NCBI GenBank assembly: GCA_951406725.2 | Contig: OX597825.1 | Location: forward strand, 65,224,001-65,288,000 | Direction of reading: 5' to 3' | Length of the DNA stretch: 64,000 nt | Source of the DNA: Octopus vulgaris | Lineage: Eukaryota | In this document: positions 43,676-58,412 of the stretch, piece by piece | Layout: the number at the start of each line of letters is the position of its first letter | Position numbering within the stretch: the stretch's first letter is position 1 | Notes under the pieces: model-generated | Told to the model about the DNA's origin: nothing | Database searches by the model: none | Seen by the model: only the letters and a program-made list of their open reading frames with translations | Program-made: the position numbers and the translations under genes

Positions 43676-44086
43676 GTGGCTGTGTGGTAAGTAGCTAGCT
43701 TACCAACCACATGATTTCGGGTTCACCCCACGGCGTGGCACCTTGGGCAAGTGTCTTCTACTATAGCCTCGGGTCGACCAAAGTCTTATGAGTGGATTTG
43801 GTAGACGGAAACTGAAAGAAGCCCATCGTATATGTGTGTGTGTGTTTGTGTGTGTGTGTGCTTGTGTGTCTGTTTTTGTACCCCTAGCATCGCTTGACAA
43901 ACGATGCTGGTGTGTTTACGTCCCCGTAACTTAGCGGTTCGGCAAAAGAGACCGATAGAATAAGTACTAGGCTTAGAAAGAATAAGTCCGGGGGGGGGGC
44001 GATTTGTTCGAGAAAAGGAGGTGCTCCAGCATGGCCATACAGTCAAATGACTGAAACAAGTAAAAGAGTAAAAGAGTAAAAGAGTA
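43676..44086 (+). mobile_element. SINE family C
   Basis: Collinear with 30817-31260; ends in GAGTAAAA repeats. Confidence 0.9.
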
Positions 44087-44675
44087 CACCCTCTATCTTC
44101 CATTACATCGTTGCTCAGATGCCTGCGTAAGATGGTTTCCAGCAAACATTGTTTTTAAAATAGTTAACGACTATTTACTTAAATATTTTGTAACAAAGGC
44201 GTTAAATGTATGTCAGGTGCAAGTAATGCAATTGATTGTGAAAACGGAATTACTCTGTTGTCTTCTCTTTGAAGATAAGCAATTATATAGTGATCACTGC
44301 TTGTTACGACATACTAATAGATCATACATTTATATAATGCATTTATTACGTTACATCAGTTACATTGTTACGTCAGTTTCCGTGCTTAACAAATAATTAA
44401 GACTCTAAATGTGAAATGTATTCTTCATATAATAGCGCTTACAAGTAATCACGATGTATGAACAGACCTTTACAAGCTAATTATGATGCATCTTCCATCT
44501 GCTTTCGTTGTAACTACCTTCCAATTGTGAACACCCCGAACCCATAATCTCCCGTACAATAGATTTTTTTTATTTGTATGCGATGTTAATATTTATGTAG
44601 AATACTTTAAAACTCTCCTTATAAACTTACACAGCTCCCTGTCAATGGTTTCTGCTCAAACATAAAAAATCAATC

Positions 44676-44732
<57 letters not shown>

Positions 44733-46390
44733 AGCTCTACCTTGTAATGTGTCCCGTCTGTGTGCAGCCCTGTGTGGCTAATAAAGAAACATATCTATCT
44801 GTCTATCTACCTTTATTTATCTATCTCTATCTCTTTATTAATTTATATGTTTATCTAGCTATTTATCTATCTATCACTTACACTCTTTCCTCTCTCATTT
44901 TTTTTTTTACATATTATTCCCTTAATATTATGAAAATGTTTTATTCTGGTAACCTTCTGTACGTTACACTACTAACCGCCTCATTTAGCAATCATCAGAC
45001 TCCATAATTTACAAAAACATAAATGAAATACTGTATAGGTGTCATTTAAACTGAATAAATCTTACAAACACTCAAACACACACACATTAAATTCTTATTT
45101 CTACCTCCACCATGAAGCCTAATCACTCTTCTATGACTAGCGTCCATTTTTGACAACAGCTGATCGGTATATTTACTACCTGAATTCACAATAGTATACT
45201 TTTTTTGGATAATGACCATATAAATCTACCATTGATAATGCTCATTTTAGGAAGAAGTAAAATATAACAACGTAGGATGGATCATTAAATCTTGTCCCAA
45301 ACGTTCGTGTTATATATAAAAAAAGGATTAGTGTATACTTGAAGTAAACGTCGTATTGCTTAATAGCTTGCTGATCCGAAACAGACGCTTCGTAATCAAA
45401 TTTTTTGTCCTATATTCGTTGTTATATTATACCAATTATATATATTTCATATCTTATTATCCGGATGAATTCTTTTTATCCCGTTCTTTCTCTTGCTTAA
45501 ACTCTCAGTCACTCTAGAACGACTATACATAGCTTCTTATATTTCAGTGCAATATATAATAGAATGCTATTCGTCTGTTCGTTTTTCATTGTTTTTTGGT
45601 GTCCTTGCTTTTGTTTAGCCCTAGGTTAACTCTGAACAAGCAGGCCTACAACCAACAAGATTCAGGTCGTGTACATTTTTTTAGACGATATAGCTAAATT
45701 TACATTATTTAACGCGTCTTTGCAATATTTCTTAAGATGGTAGGACTCGGATAGTGGAGGATTTGGTCATTATTTATAACCAGTCGGATGACCGTGTAGA
45801 CTCTTTGTCTTTATCTTTATAAGTTTGAGGCGGGAAAGAAATTGATTAATACCCTAAAACCATATCTTATATCCCCTTATCCTCTTAACTATCATACGCA
45901 TAGAACGGTACGATAACGATATTTTTAACCCATGTCATGAGATCATTTAGTAAAATATTCCGTATTAATATGACCATAATATTTTATTGCATTCTAATTT
46001 AGAGGATAGCTGATATACTTTAATCTGAGGAAACGAGTAATGGTCTCTTCTATCTATTTTATTTGGAAATTTAACAGCGTCCGTTGTGAGAGAGACAATC
46101 TGAAGAAAGGTTGTGCAAATGTGAGAGTATGATACGCTGTTTACGTAAATGTATATGTTGAGAGTAATAGAGAATGTTACAGATAGATAATATAGATGTA
46201 ACAGCAATGCAGTACAACGGCTGTAACACTTAATGTGTCGTCGGAGTACTGGGGAGCAATTTAAATGTATAAAGGTAACAATTACCGGAGTCGTTTTCAT
46301 CGAAATTTAGCCAGATGAATTGCAGGGATTTGGGCTGTATTGCATGTAAGGACAGAAGACCATTCAACTACCAGAACTTTACTGGAATAT

Positions 46391-46982
46391 TATTTTCTTT
46401 TCTACTCTAGGCACAAGGCTCTAAATTTTGGGGGAGGGGGGGTAATCGATTAGATAGACCCCAGTACGCAACGATGAAAGGCAAAGCCGACGTCAGCGGA
46501 ATCTGAATTCAGAACGTAAAGACAAATGAAATATTGCTATGCATTTTGCCCGGCATGCAAACTTTTTATTTCTTTATTGTCCTCAAGGGGCTAAACACTG
46601 AGGGGACAAACAAGGACAGACAAGGGGATCAAGTCCATTACATCGATTCCAGTGCGTAACTGGTACTTAATTTATCGACCCCGAAAGGAGGAAAGACAAA
46701 GTCGACCTCGGCGGAATTTGAACTCAGAACGTAACAGCAGACGAAATACCTATTTCTTTACTACCCACAAGGGGCTAAACACAGAGGGGAAAAACAAGGA
46801 TAGACAAACGGATTAAGTCGATTATATCGACCCCAGTGCGTAACTGGTCCTAAATTTATCGACTCCGAAAGGATGAAAGGCAAAGTCGACCTCGGCGGAA
46901 TTTGAACTCAGAACGTAACGGCAGACGAAATACCGCTAAGCATTTCGCCCGGCTTGATAACGTTTTTGCCAGCTCACCGCCT
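46391..46982 (-). mobile_element. SINE family B, trimer
   Basis: Three units flanked by the 18-bp TSD AGAACTT(T/G)ACTGGAATAT at 46373-46390 and 46983-47000. Confidence 0.92.
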
Positions 46983-48429
46983 AGAACTTGACTGGAATAT
47001 CATTTTATCCATCCGGGAAGGAAAAAAAAACAAAGTTAACCTAAATATGATTTGAACGCAGGATATATGACGAAACAAATATCTTAAGGTATCTATTTAT
47101 GCTCAAACAATTTCGCCTACATCTTCACAATGGTGATTGCTTGCGTCGGTTAATAAAAATTAAAATTTAAAAAATGAAAGGTTTTACTCGAAATACCAAA
47201 GCTCATCTCTTTTCACGCCATACAAGCTTATCTTATTTTACAAAAGCTGTTAATTATTTGTAGAGTAGAACGCCTGCTTGTGTACAGTTCGATTACATTC
47301 ACAGTTGTTTCCATTGGGAATCTAGTTACATGTCGGTTAAACGTCATTTCTCGCCATGATCAGTAATAATATTCACGATCTTTCAACAGCAACGACTGCG
47401 TGCGAGATTTTCAGAAACATCAGTAATCAAAGCACAAAAAATAATAAAAAAAAGCACAGCAATAATCAGAAATATTTATCTAAAACGGAACAGCTTTTGC
47501 CTTAAATGCTGCAAGTGCAAACAATTCATATGTCATATCGCTGAGGAGTTGGGTTTTTTTTATTCATAATTCTATTTACTATTGCTAGAATCAAACAAAT
47601 TTTGTGTCAATTTTTCTTCGTTTTTCACTGATATGAATCTATTGTGCAGAATCCACGCGTGAACATTACTGATTGACCTAAGATTTGAAATCTTCCTGGA
47701 AGATGGTTTGTACACTTGTAAAGACGTTTCAAACAGTCCGTACTTGCTTCTTTGATTTGATATTATTTTGTCTTCTTGTTTATGTTTGTCTTTGTCCACT
47801 TAGAAATCCGATATTTTTTTTTTCTTTTCAACACTTTGAGACCAGATGTTTGAAGATAACTGAAAGCATTTTGAATAAAGTCAAAGGGAAAGATTTTTAG
47901 AAATTTCCTCATAGACATTCAAAATATTTATTCTGTCTATTAACTACTCCGAGTTGTACACAAATATTTCACTGGTACTCCGAGTTATACATGTGTATTT
48001 TACCGATATTACTTTTATCTAATTACAGAGATGTAAAGCCTAATTTTAAGCTGAATAATGCAATGCCGCATGCTCTAGTGTTTTTATTACAGAATAAAGC
48101 GCTATATTTGATTTTGGGGGACATAGTAAGTTACATAAACCTTAGTATTTCACCGGTGCTTTATTCAGTCCGCTACAGAATAATGAAAAGGAAGATTTTT
48201 TCTGGCATTCGAAATTAAAAGTTAGAACGGTGTAACTTGAAATCGCATGCCATATTAAAGATATTGATGCAAAACTGGAATTCAATTTGAGTCGAGAATA
48301 TGTTTTCATTCAAGTTATATTCCTGTATAGCGTTCTTTTGTAAGTATTTCTTTAATCGAGGAGACTCCTACATAGTGGAATATATCTTTCTGAAGTTAAG
48401 GTATGTTCAGATTTATTGAAAAAATAATT

Positions 48430-48587
48430 AGGAGTGGCTGCGTGGTAAGTAGCTTGCTTACCAACCACATGGTTCCGGGTTCGTTCTCATTGCGTGGCAC
48501 CTTGGGCAAGTGTCTTCTAGTATAACCTCGGGCCGACCAAAGCCTTGTAAGTGGATTTGGTAGACAGAAACTGAAAGAAGCCCGTCG

Positions 48588-48646
<59 letters not shown>

Positions 48647-48876
48647 GTGTGCTTGTGTATGTTTGTGTGTGCGTGTTCCTGTGTTTGTCCCCCAACCGAT
48701 GTTGGTGTGTTTACGTCCCCATAACTTAGCGGTTCGGCAAAAGAAACCGATAGAATAAGTACTAGGCTTCCAAAGAATAAGTCCTGGGGTCGAATTGCTC
48801 GACTAAAGGCGGTGCTCCAACATGGCCACAATCAAATTACTGAAACAAGTAAAAGAGTAAAAGAGTAAAAAAGTAA
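48430..48876 (+). mobile_element. SINE family C
   Basis: Collinear with the other copies; expanded internal (TG)n. Confidence 0.9.
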
Positions 48877-50672
48877 CGCAGCCAATGTATAGTTAGTTGC
48901 CTGGCTTTCGGGAGAATGAATTTTGTATTTCATTTTAGCAAAGACGAAGCTTTATTTTAATGAAGGTTTCTTAGTTGAAGCTATTGAGGCAGTAGAATTG
49001 GTAAAAACGTGATAGAGTTTTTGCAATAACTCGCAAGATTTATTTCGGTTTGCTCTCTGTTCTGTCAGTTGAAATTCCCTCGGAGCCAACTTTTTCTGCT
49101 TTTATCCTGCTGTTGTCAAAGGCAAAATGAAGTAGCACTAAATAATTTGAGTCTGTTCATTTTTATTCTTCCTCTCGGATTTAGTTACACGACACCAAGA
49201 GAAACGTGGAAGACACCCACAACGTCGATTTTTCCATAGATGAAGAAGTGGTAAAACAGTGGGTTAGTAACATCTCATAGACGAAATATTATAAGTGAAA
49301 CTATCAAAGAACTGAACACTGTGTTTTATAGCACAGAGAAGTGAAAAAGATGAAGAAACGATAAAATCTAATATGAATGTATCGCAGGTATATTTATCAC
49401 TGCATCAAACTGTTTGACAGTTACAAGCATAGAAATTGTTTGACAGTGACAAGATAAATTAATTTCAAATTAAGGCCAGTAATCTCGAGGGTTGAGGCAA
49501 GTGGATTATATCGACCCCAGAGCTGAAATGATACTTGTGTCATCGACCCTGAAAGGATGAAAGGCAAAGGCGACCTCGGCGGAATTTTCCCGGTGTGCTA
49601 ACAAAACCCTTTGGGCAATATTACAGTTTTCTTTCATTCTTCTGGTGATTTCTACTCTTTGCTGTTACTCCTCTTGCTTTACATAACTGCCAAGTCTTTG
49701 TGAAATAACGTACAACCATCATAAGAAAAAAAAATTATCTACATTACGTAATGTGGTCCTTCATATTACTAAACTCAATGGGTGATCACGACTAGAATAG
49801 TCGACGATTCAAACTTTCTTAGGACGTTGCATTCTTTTCACCAGTTTGGTCTAAACATGACAGCATTGCAATGATAACGTCATTTAAGAATTAATATACT
49901 GAGAAAAGATAAATACTCTATTTTACTATTATCATGTTCCCAAATGCAAAACGATTCATTGTAGATAATGACATAATTCACTTTATTTTTATAATACTTT
50001 TTTTAAAATCCCCTTATCACTTGTTTATTTTATAACGTTGTATTGTATTGTCAGTAAAGCAATAGCGATTTCTGAAAAAAAAAAAGTAGCAAATCAGGAA
50101 AAGAAACAAAGAAAGTAAGGACCAAAATAGCAGACGTCGCTATTTTATTTCTACTACTAAGCCGAAACATTTATCAGAGCAAATGCATTACAAATACTGT
50201 ATAAATGGTTTTAAGGTTGAATTTTCATCTCATTAGTAGCTAATCTGCATCAAAGCTTAGCTTAATGAAATAAAACATAAAGAACAAAAGAAGCAACGAT
50301 AAACGAAGGAACGATGCTGTGATGTATCCTAGCAAGAACGATTCTGATTAATTGACTGACATTTCTTTGACTTCGCTGCAATCATGTTGATTGGCACAAA
50401 ATGATCATTCTGTATTGTACAAGCCGCCATGTTTCATGTCGGCCATTGATAAGAGTGTTTCAAAGACAGGAATATTGGTCTACAAATGCTGTTCATTTGA
50501 GTTTCGTTCATTATTTTATTTTATTTTATTTTATTTTATTTTATTTTTGCTTTCCTTCCTTCTTTATCCTTTTTTTATACTATTTTCTTTCTAGTTTTAT
50601 TTCTCCGTGCCTATCTCTATTCCTCTTCTTTTCCATTCTGTTTTACTCTTTCTTTACTCTCTCACTAGTTCT

Positions 50673-50726
<54 letters not shown>

Positions 50727-51128
50727 CTATCCGCTTTTTCCGTTCGTTCACCTTTTTCTCTCCCTACTTCTCTCTCTCTCTGTTTTTCTCTATCTAACTA
50801 TCTATCACTTTTTTCTCTCCTTTGTTCTGTTTCCGTTTTCCTCTGATTCTTTGTTTCTTTATCTGCAACCATCCTATTTTCTCAGTTTATTTTTATTCGT
50901 TCTTCCTCCCTACTCTCCCTCAAACTTTCTCTCCCTGTCTCTCGCCTGTTTTCATATAATATACGACCACACTCTTTTAGCGTACTATTTAGATGTACAC
51001 ACATGGTGACATCCATTTTATGTTAATGATTAGTAGGGAAAACTTAGTTTCATTATAATTAGTAACTATCATTTTCTAGTCCAATTTCTGGGGGCGATAA
51101 TGTATATAAAAATACAGCCAGTACTTCT

Positions 51129-51578
51129 TATTTATTTATTGCCCACAAGGGGCTAAACATAGAGGGGACAAACAAGGACAGACATAGGTATTGAGTCGAT
51201 TACATCGATCCCAGTGCGTAACTGGTACTTACTTTATCGACCCCGAAAGGATGAAAGGCAAAGTCGACCTCGGCTTAATTTGAACTCAGAACGTACCGGC
51301 AGACGATATACCGCTACGCATTTCGTACGGCGCGCTAAACATTCTTATTTCTTTATTGCCCACAAGGGGCTAAACATAGAGGGGACACACAAGGACAGAC
51401 AAACGGATTAAGTCGATTATATCGACCCCAGTGCGCAACTGGTACTTATTTAATCGACCCCGAAAGGATGAAAGGCAAAGTCGATCTCGGCAGATTTTGA
51501 ACTCAAAACGTATAGACGGACGAAATGCCGCTAAGCATTTCGCCCGGCGCGCTAACGTTTCTGCCATCTCGCCGCCTT
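51129..51578 (-). mobile_element. SINE family B, dimer
   Basis: Two units, both with the AAAGAAATA-type tail. GTACTTCT repeated at 51121-51128 and 51581-51588. Confidence 0.9.
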
Positions 51579-53457
51579 CTGTACTTCTGCCATGGATTTA
51601 GTCAAAAGCAGGACCTGAGCTAAAGTTTTATAAAGCTTTAATCACCTCAAATATATATACATAGCATGCTCTCTCTTTCGATATTACTATTTTGTGAGGG
51701 AAGTAAATGGTTTCAACAGTGATGTGAAATGAAAAATACAGGTGTTCCCGCTGTGAAATTTAGATACATTCATGAATTCTTGCCTAGATCTACGCTAGCC
51801 TATTTAGGTAGGAAGGTAAATTTCCATAAAATTTTCAAACTCATATTCCAGTAGAAGTCACTAAATTGATAGAATCAACAGAGCAACGGACAAAAGGTGT
51901 TTAGGTACGCCTTTCTGCTGCTGGCCCGAAATCAATCCTTTGTTAACTTTCACTTTCATCCCTCTAGTATCTCTAATATAAATAACCAGTCAAGTACGGA
52001 GGTCAACAGAAACTGCCAAAAACCTTCCCCCATAAAATGGTGGTTTTGCACGGAAGTTAACCCGAATTATCATTTCTGTATGAAACTAAATTAGTTTCTA
52101 TAGGATAACTACCTCTGCGATACTTCGTACGAGGTTTTCTTTATTTACCTTTACTTGTTATTATCTCACCTCTTTTCTCTTGTATAAACAAACTATTGAT
52201 TTAGTTATTTCTAAATGTTTCCATTAGATATTTTGTATTAACGTTGTGCATTGACTGTGTAATAAGAATATGTACAGAATACTAGTGGCATTTCCTGCAT
52301 AAAAGAAAGGCATTGAATTCATGGCTAAGTTATATAAAAAGATTGCAATAATATATCAGATTTTAATATGGATCTTACACTTTTTATGAAACGCAGCTCA
52401 AAGAAGGTAACATATATATTTGCTGCGTTCTACTTCAATTTTATGGTTTTATATATTAATATTACATGGCTCACGTACCAGCGTTACCCAACTCCTACTT
52501 TCTATTAATCTTATATTTTGTAGAGGTTTTGTAGAAGCTATTTTATCTATGCAATAGTTTTCAGAATTCCTAGGTATACTTGACGAATAAATCCAGTATA
52601 CACCAGTTTGTATTATATCCGCGAAATAATAACCAAACTAAGCATTATAAAATGCCCTAATTTCCGCTGCTCAGGCATTTCTGCAATCTCACGGTCGCAT
52701 TCTGCTTACTATGCTACATTAAACTTTATAATTAGATGTGTGTAGTATTATATTAAACTGCAACAAATCAAAATGTTTTAATATTTAATTCGGATATTTC
52801 AAACATTGACTCAATACTTGGCAACATAATGTGATGACAACTGACTTAGAATTAATCTGTGATTTTATAATTAATTAAAAATTAATGCACCGAATTGTTC
52901 AGAGCTTATATTTCATAGCTAATGTTTCATAGCGAATAATTTATATCAATGTTGTCCTCTTCTGCGACTACGCAATCATAGTCGTTTTGAAATCAATTAG
53001 AGTGTTTTTCATTGCTACACTTGATTGGAAATTTTTCGTGGCCATAATTAATTAATACGGTTATTGGAAAGTAACGAACTATACCTCACCTCAATAGAGT
53101 TTAGATTCCTATTTTACTGGTGATAAATTTTGTAAAAAATCTTTTACGCAATGCCCACATCAGCTTAGGAGGTATTCTACTGGAAGACTTCAATGAAATT
53201 ACAGTTCGAATTATCACGAGATTAGAACTTAAAGAACTGACTTAAGGAGTTGCATCTGGTTGATTTCTTTGTCCTGGCTCTCGGTGATAAAGTTTTCTAT
53301 GACATCCTTATAAAGCAAAAAGAACCCGTTTGATTAGCAGCATCAAACTAATTGATATGATCTTGCTTATTGTTCTCATTGTTTGTTTGGCAAGTCATCC
53401 AGCTAACTAACATAGATTCATCAACATTGAACCTGTGTCCACTGTCCCATGGATAAG

Positions 53458-53883
53458 CTATGTCGTTTCTGTATCTAGTCTACCGTAACTACAGCAGCTT
53501 CTACTCCGCTGAACCAGAATACTACTGGGTTGTCCTGAAAGTTCGTGTCGATTTTTGTACCCAAGGTTTACCAGGTGCTCATGAACGACGGATTTTGATA
53601 GGTTGAGGCTTTCTGCCAATTCTCGGGTTGTGCAATGTAGGTTATTCTCAATTAATGACTTGATTTGGTCATCATCTGTAGTGGATGGTCTGCCTAATCG
53701 CTCTTTATCAATAAGGCTACAATCTTCAACTTGGAACCTTGCGAACCACTTCCGTACAGTTCTTTCGGATAAAGAAACATCACCGTAAACTGCGCATATT
53801 TCTTTGATTGCTTGTGAGGCATTTTTCCTTTTACGGAAAAAGAAAAGCATCAAGTGCCGAAAATGAACTTTCTTATCTTCCAT
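53458..53883 (-). pseudogene. Truncated mariner transposase (N-terminal HTH DNA-binding region only)
   Basis: MEDKKVHFRHLMLFFFRKRKNASQAIKEICAVYG...ERTVRKWFARF...RLGRPS...TTRELAESLNLSKSVVHEHLVNLG is a typical mariner double HTH with the GRP linker. The frame then runs into the TIR and flank; no WVPHEL or DDD domain. Confidence 0.92.
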
Positions 53884-54399
53884 TTTAAAGGGTTACAGAA
53901 TTAACACAGGTTAATAGGAACATAAACCTTCTTCCACGAAAAGATAGCTTAAACTGTGCTCTAAATGGAGGTATAGTCAAATCCTATTTTATGGACTCAA
54001 CCATTTTCTAAAATATGTCGAATGGTAAGGATCGCGGTTTCGATTCCCAGACCGGGCGTTGTGAGTGTTTATTGAGCGAAAACACCTAAAGTTCCACGAG
54101 GCTCCGGCAGGGGATGGTGGTGATCCCTGCTGTACTCTTTCACCACAACTTTCTCTCACTCTTACTTCCTGTTTCTGTTGTACCTGTATTTCAAAGGGCC
54201 GGCCTTGTCACTCTCTGTGTCACGCTGAATATCCCCGAGAACTACGTTAAGGGTACACGTGTCTGTAGAGTGCTCAGCCACTTACACGTTAGTTTCACGA
54301 GCAGGCTGTTCCGTTGATTCGGATCAACCGGAACCCTCATCGTCGTAACCGACGGAGTGCTTCCACTTTAGATCGGCACGAACTTTCCGGACAACGCAA
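53525..54399 (-). mobile_element. Internally deleted mariner transposon
   Basis: 28-bp TIRs CTGGGTTGTCCTGAAAGTTCGTGTCGAT (53525-52) and ATCGGCACGAACTTTCCGGACAACGCAA (54372-99) with 4 mismatches. TA at 53523-24 and 54400-01. Transposase N-terminus inside. Confidence 0.93.
54028..54365 (+). mobile_element. SINE family A, tail type 2, 5'-truncated, nested in the mariner
   Basis: Near-identical to about 25336-25672; lies between the mariner 5' TIR and the transposase ATG. Confidence 0.93.
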
Positions 54400-54803
54400 T
54401 ACTTAACAAGCTACATCTTCCAACATCTTCCATTATTGGTTATACCCCAATGAACTCCACACTAAACGGTACACTCATTGCTTGTTCCTTTAGAACTACA
54501 GCCTTCTGCATATTCAATCTGGAGAATTTCAGACTGGACGTAAAGGTATTGTGCTTTCCACTCTGAGTATGCGGGGCAAAACTCTTTCACCAACTATGTA
54601 ACAACAAATCGAACCTAACTGTCACGTGGTCTGGGGTTGGTATATCATAATTACAACATATATTACAGTTTACAGCTGTAATTAAAATTCACACTGCATG
54701 ATTGTATTATTGACGTGTGAAGATTCAGGAGAATTTAAGTTCTACCAGAACAACCTGAAGATAGAATTTTTGAATGATACCTTCCCAATTAATGTTACGT
54801 TAG

Positions 54804-54903
<100 letters not shown>

Positions 54904-55041
54904 ATAATGGTCTTCGCACATTTTACCCCAGTGTCACTTTGATGGCATGCGCTGCTCTCTCACTCAATGATAATAATAATAATAATGAGGAGGAGGAGCA
55001 GGAGGAGCAGGAGGAGGATAATAACTATGATAATAATAATA

Positions 55042-55098
<57 letters not shown>

Positions 55099-56029
55099 GA
55101 TTATTATTATTATTATTATTATTAACATCATCATAGCAATAGTAATAGAGTTCTGTAAATTGAAATTTACAATTAACTACCTTAAAATATTTCCATTTTA
55201 TAGCGGATTGAAATCAATAAATATCCCCATCTAACACCTTTTAATTCTTACACCTTCAATAGTATTCATTTTCTGTCGTTAGAATTCGAAGTCTGGAGTC
55301 ATATATAGAGCGGGAAGGTTTAAACATGCATTATATATAATAAATGTTTATTATTTTGATGGGAAGCTTTACTTAACACGCATTTTATCATTAGTATTCC
55401 ATTAGTATTCCAATATAGAAGGATAAATGCTGCAATGAAGTCAATACAACTGTAGACTTTGGGATTTCTTGCCCCTTTAACTACCATGTGTGAAATATTT
55501 TAGATTTGTCCTTAACAGGATGGGTATTAAATATACAGGGTTCGTCAAAAAACATCCTACATTTGAAGGGCTGACATACGTTTCAACAGTAAAAGAACGG
55601 TGTGCACCGATACAAACTATGATGGCAACTAGAAAATAAAATGCCCAAACACTAACTACACGAAGACATACTTACCACCTGCCTAACTTCCCTAGTAAAT
55701 ATGGATCGAAACGACAAAAGTGGTCGTTTTTCTTTGGTTCACCCTGAACACTTCAAAGTATCTAAGCAGATTCATTTGAAGGTGAGGTTTTTATACAGTG
55801 TACAGGATGACAGATAATTGTTTAACATTCAACACATAATTCATTCCTAGATTTATGTGTTTAATGGAGCTTGGATACCTACCTTGAGACTTCCAGCCCA
55901 CGGTGCACACTTAGGAAGTTTTTGCTTTTTTAAAGTTAAAACGCAGAAGTTTCAATTGGTAGCATGTCTCCTCTCGCCATGCCATGTTTTCTTTTGGTTT
56001 TGATTTTTTAAGATACTACAAGTATCAAT

Positions 56030-56230
56030 ATTGCATGTGGCCGCACGATTTGATGTCAGAATTGATTGAATTAAATCGATCACATAAAATATCCCACTCA
56101 ATGCTGTAACAATTCTTCCAATCCACTGCCTTGGACTGACAGATTAATTCAATGGCTTTCCCACCCGAGGATGAAGTTTGTACAATCTTGTTTATTGGGC
56201 TCCGTAGGTTGTTTGGCAAATCATGCAACT
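56030..56230 (-). pseudogene. Highly decayed Tc1/mariner-superfamily transposase fragment
   Basis: Frameshifted minus-strand remnants QQ..GA, LN..SPRQWIGR, SIEW and GHMQ follow the order of QQDGAP..H...LN..FP..WIGR....WP.RSPDL.PLDF.LWG..K. TA-CAGGGT near 55535 could be an end. Confidence 0.45.
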
Positions 56231-56256
56231 AACTATCGACGATTGAATCCAATTAA

Positions 56257-56470
56257 GTCGGTGAACTGGCAGAATCGTTAGCACGTAAGCAACGGTATTT
56301 CGTCCGTCTTTGCACTCTGAGTTCAAGTTCCTCCGAGGCCAACTTTGCGTTTCATCTGTTCGACGTCGATTAAATAAATACCAGCTGAACAATGGATCGA
56401 TTTATTCGACTAATCTTCACCCCAGCCGTCCACAAAATTACTGCCTTGTGCCAAGATTTCAAACTAATAA
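56257..56470 (+). mobile_element. Old SINE family B monomer
   Basis: GAACTGGCAGAATCGTTAGCACG...GGTATTTCGTCCGTC...CTGAGTTCAA; terminal tail GCCTTGTGCC. Confidence 0.8.
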
Positions 56471-56684
56471 TTCGCTCAAACTACCCTTCAATCCCTATGA
56501 CACAGACACACTATGACACCTGTGATACTACTCTACAGTACTACGTTAAAGGATTTTTGCCCCAATGAATTAAACCAAGACATTTTGGTGAATTTTGAAT
56601 CAAGCCATGGAAAATATTGCCTGCCGTTCTATACAATGTATTAACAGTTCAACCAATTTGCCACTTTGCATATAACTAAACATA

Positions 56685-56884
56685 TACTCTTTTACTTGCT
56701 TCAGTAATTTGACTGCGGCCATGCTGGAGCACCGCCTTTAGTCGAGCAAATCGACCCCGGGACTTATTCTTTGTAAGTCCAGTACTTATTCTATCGGTCT
56801 CTTTTGCCAAACCGCTAGGTGACGGGGACGTAAACACACCAGCATCGGTTGTCAAGCAATGCTAGGGGGACAAACACAGACACA

Positions 56885-56932
<48 letters not shown>

Positions 56933-57103
56933 CATATATACGACAGGCTTCTTTCAGTTTCCGTCTACCAAATCCACACACAAGGCATTGGTCGGCCCGG
57001 GGCTATAGCAGAAGACACTTGCCCAAGATGCCACGCAGTGGGACTGAACCCGGAACCATGTGAATGGTTAGCAAGCTACTTACCACACAGCCACTCCTGC
57101 GCC
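56685..57103 (-). mobile_element. SINE family C, full length
   Basis: Reverse complement of the 30817-type copies. Confidence 0.92.
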
Positions 57104-57704
57104 TATAAACTTTAGCTGAAATTCCATATGAAATTCAAAAAATGAATATTGAAACTAAGCAGAAGCAGTGTGGCTGTTATAATTTACTAATGTCACTCAA
57201 GGGGATGAACGAGCATTACCGTTTTTTAATAACTGGAACTAGAAAACAAATATCAAAATATAACAAAATATTCCGTTTTCCTATTTCATGATGTCCGTGG
57301 AAAGTGAGGGGAAAACACAATGCAGATGTCAGCTAACTAATCCATTCGGCTGTCGTAACTTTTAACTATTAATAATCTAAAAAAGTTGGTTACGAAATGG
57401 CGGCTGACAGGGCAGAATGTCATAGTAAATACATTACGCCTGTTAGTTTCCTCATTTTAGTAATACTACTTTCTCTTCTATTTTTTATATCTTATATATG
57501 ACAATAACAAAAAAAACGAGAAATACAGATAAATGAATTTGTGGTATTTAGATGTTTTAAAATGGTGTTATTTGGTTAATTGAATAGAAAGGCAGCCAAA
57601 ACTTCATGCTTTCTGTAATAGAATAAGTCCAGCAGAAGTCAGAAGTTTCTCTTAAAATGAATTACCGGTGCCAAGAATAGCATGAAACAGACAAAAATGT
57701 ATTG

Positions 57705-57706
<2 letters not shown>

Positions 57707-57771
<65 letters not shown>

Positions 57772-57789
57772 CATTATTATTATTATTAC

Positions 57790-57825
<36 letters not shown>

Positions 57826-57908
57826 CATTATTGCTGTTGTTGTTGGTGGTGGTGGTGGTTGTGGTGGTGGTGGTGTTATTATCATTATCCTCATCATCAT
57901 CATCATTA
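57707..57908. repeat. (TTA)n/(TGG)n/(TCA)n compound microsatellite
   Basis: Direct reading. Confidence 0.95.
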
Positions 57909-58152
57909 TTTTTTTATTATTCCTTAAGTAGTTTCAGTCACTGAGTAGCGGCATCGCTAGAGAAAAACCATCCAAAGATTGCATTCAATTATAACAACAT
58001 TGCTACTTATACTTGTATTCATTTGGAGTACCATTAATTGAATAGCCGGAGTAAAGAATTACGTCTAAGTACTGAGGTGTCGTTTTGACTTTAATACGAC
58101 AATGTTTGACATTAGTATATACAAACACTAATGGCATGTGTGTATGTATATA

Positions 58153-58377
58153 TTACTCTTTTACTCTTTTACTTGTTTCAGTCATTTGACTGCGGCCATG
58201 CTGGAGCACCACCTTTAGTCGAGCAAATCGACCCCAGGACTTATTCTTTTGTAAGCCCAGTACTTATTCTATCGGTCTCTTTTGCCGAACCGCTAAGTGA
58301 CGGGGACGTAAACACACCAGCATCGGTTATCAAGCAATGCTAGGGGGACAAACACAGACACACAAACACACACACAG

Positions 58378-58412
<35 letters not shown>

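Noticed and set aside
46391-46982. Regularly repeated units resembling a CRISPR array
   Set aside because: Units are about 175-215 bp with no unique spacers; eukaryotic SINE multimer.
54400-54610. Possible LTR integrase C-terminal remnant (YIVGERVL, minus strand)
   Set aside because: One short motif; cannot be distinguished from chance by eye.
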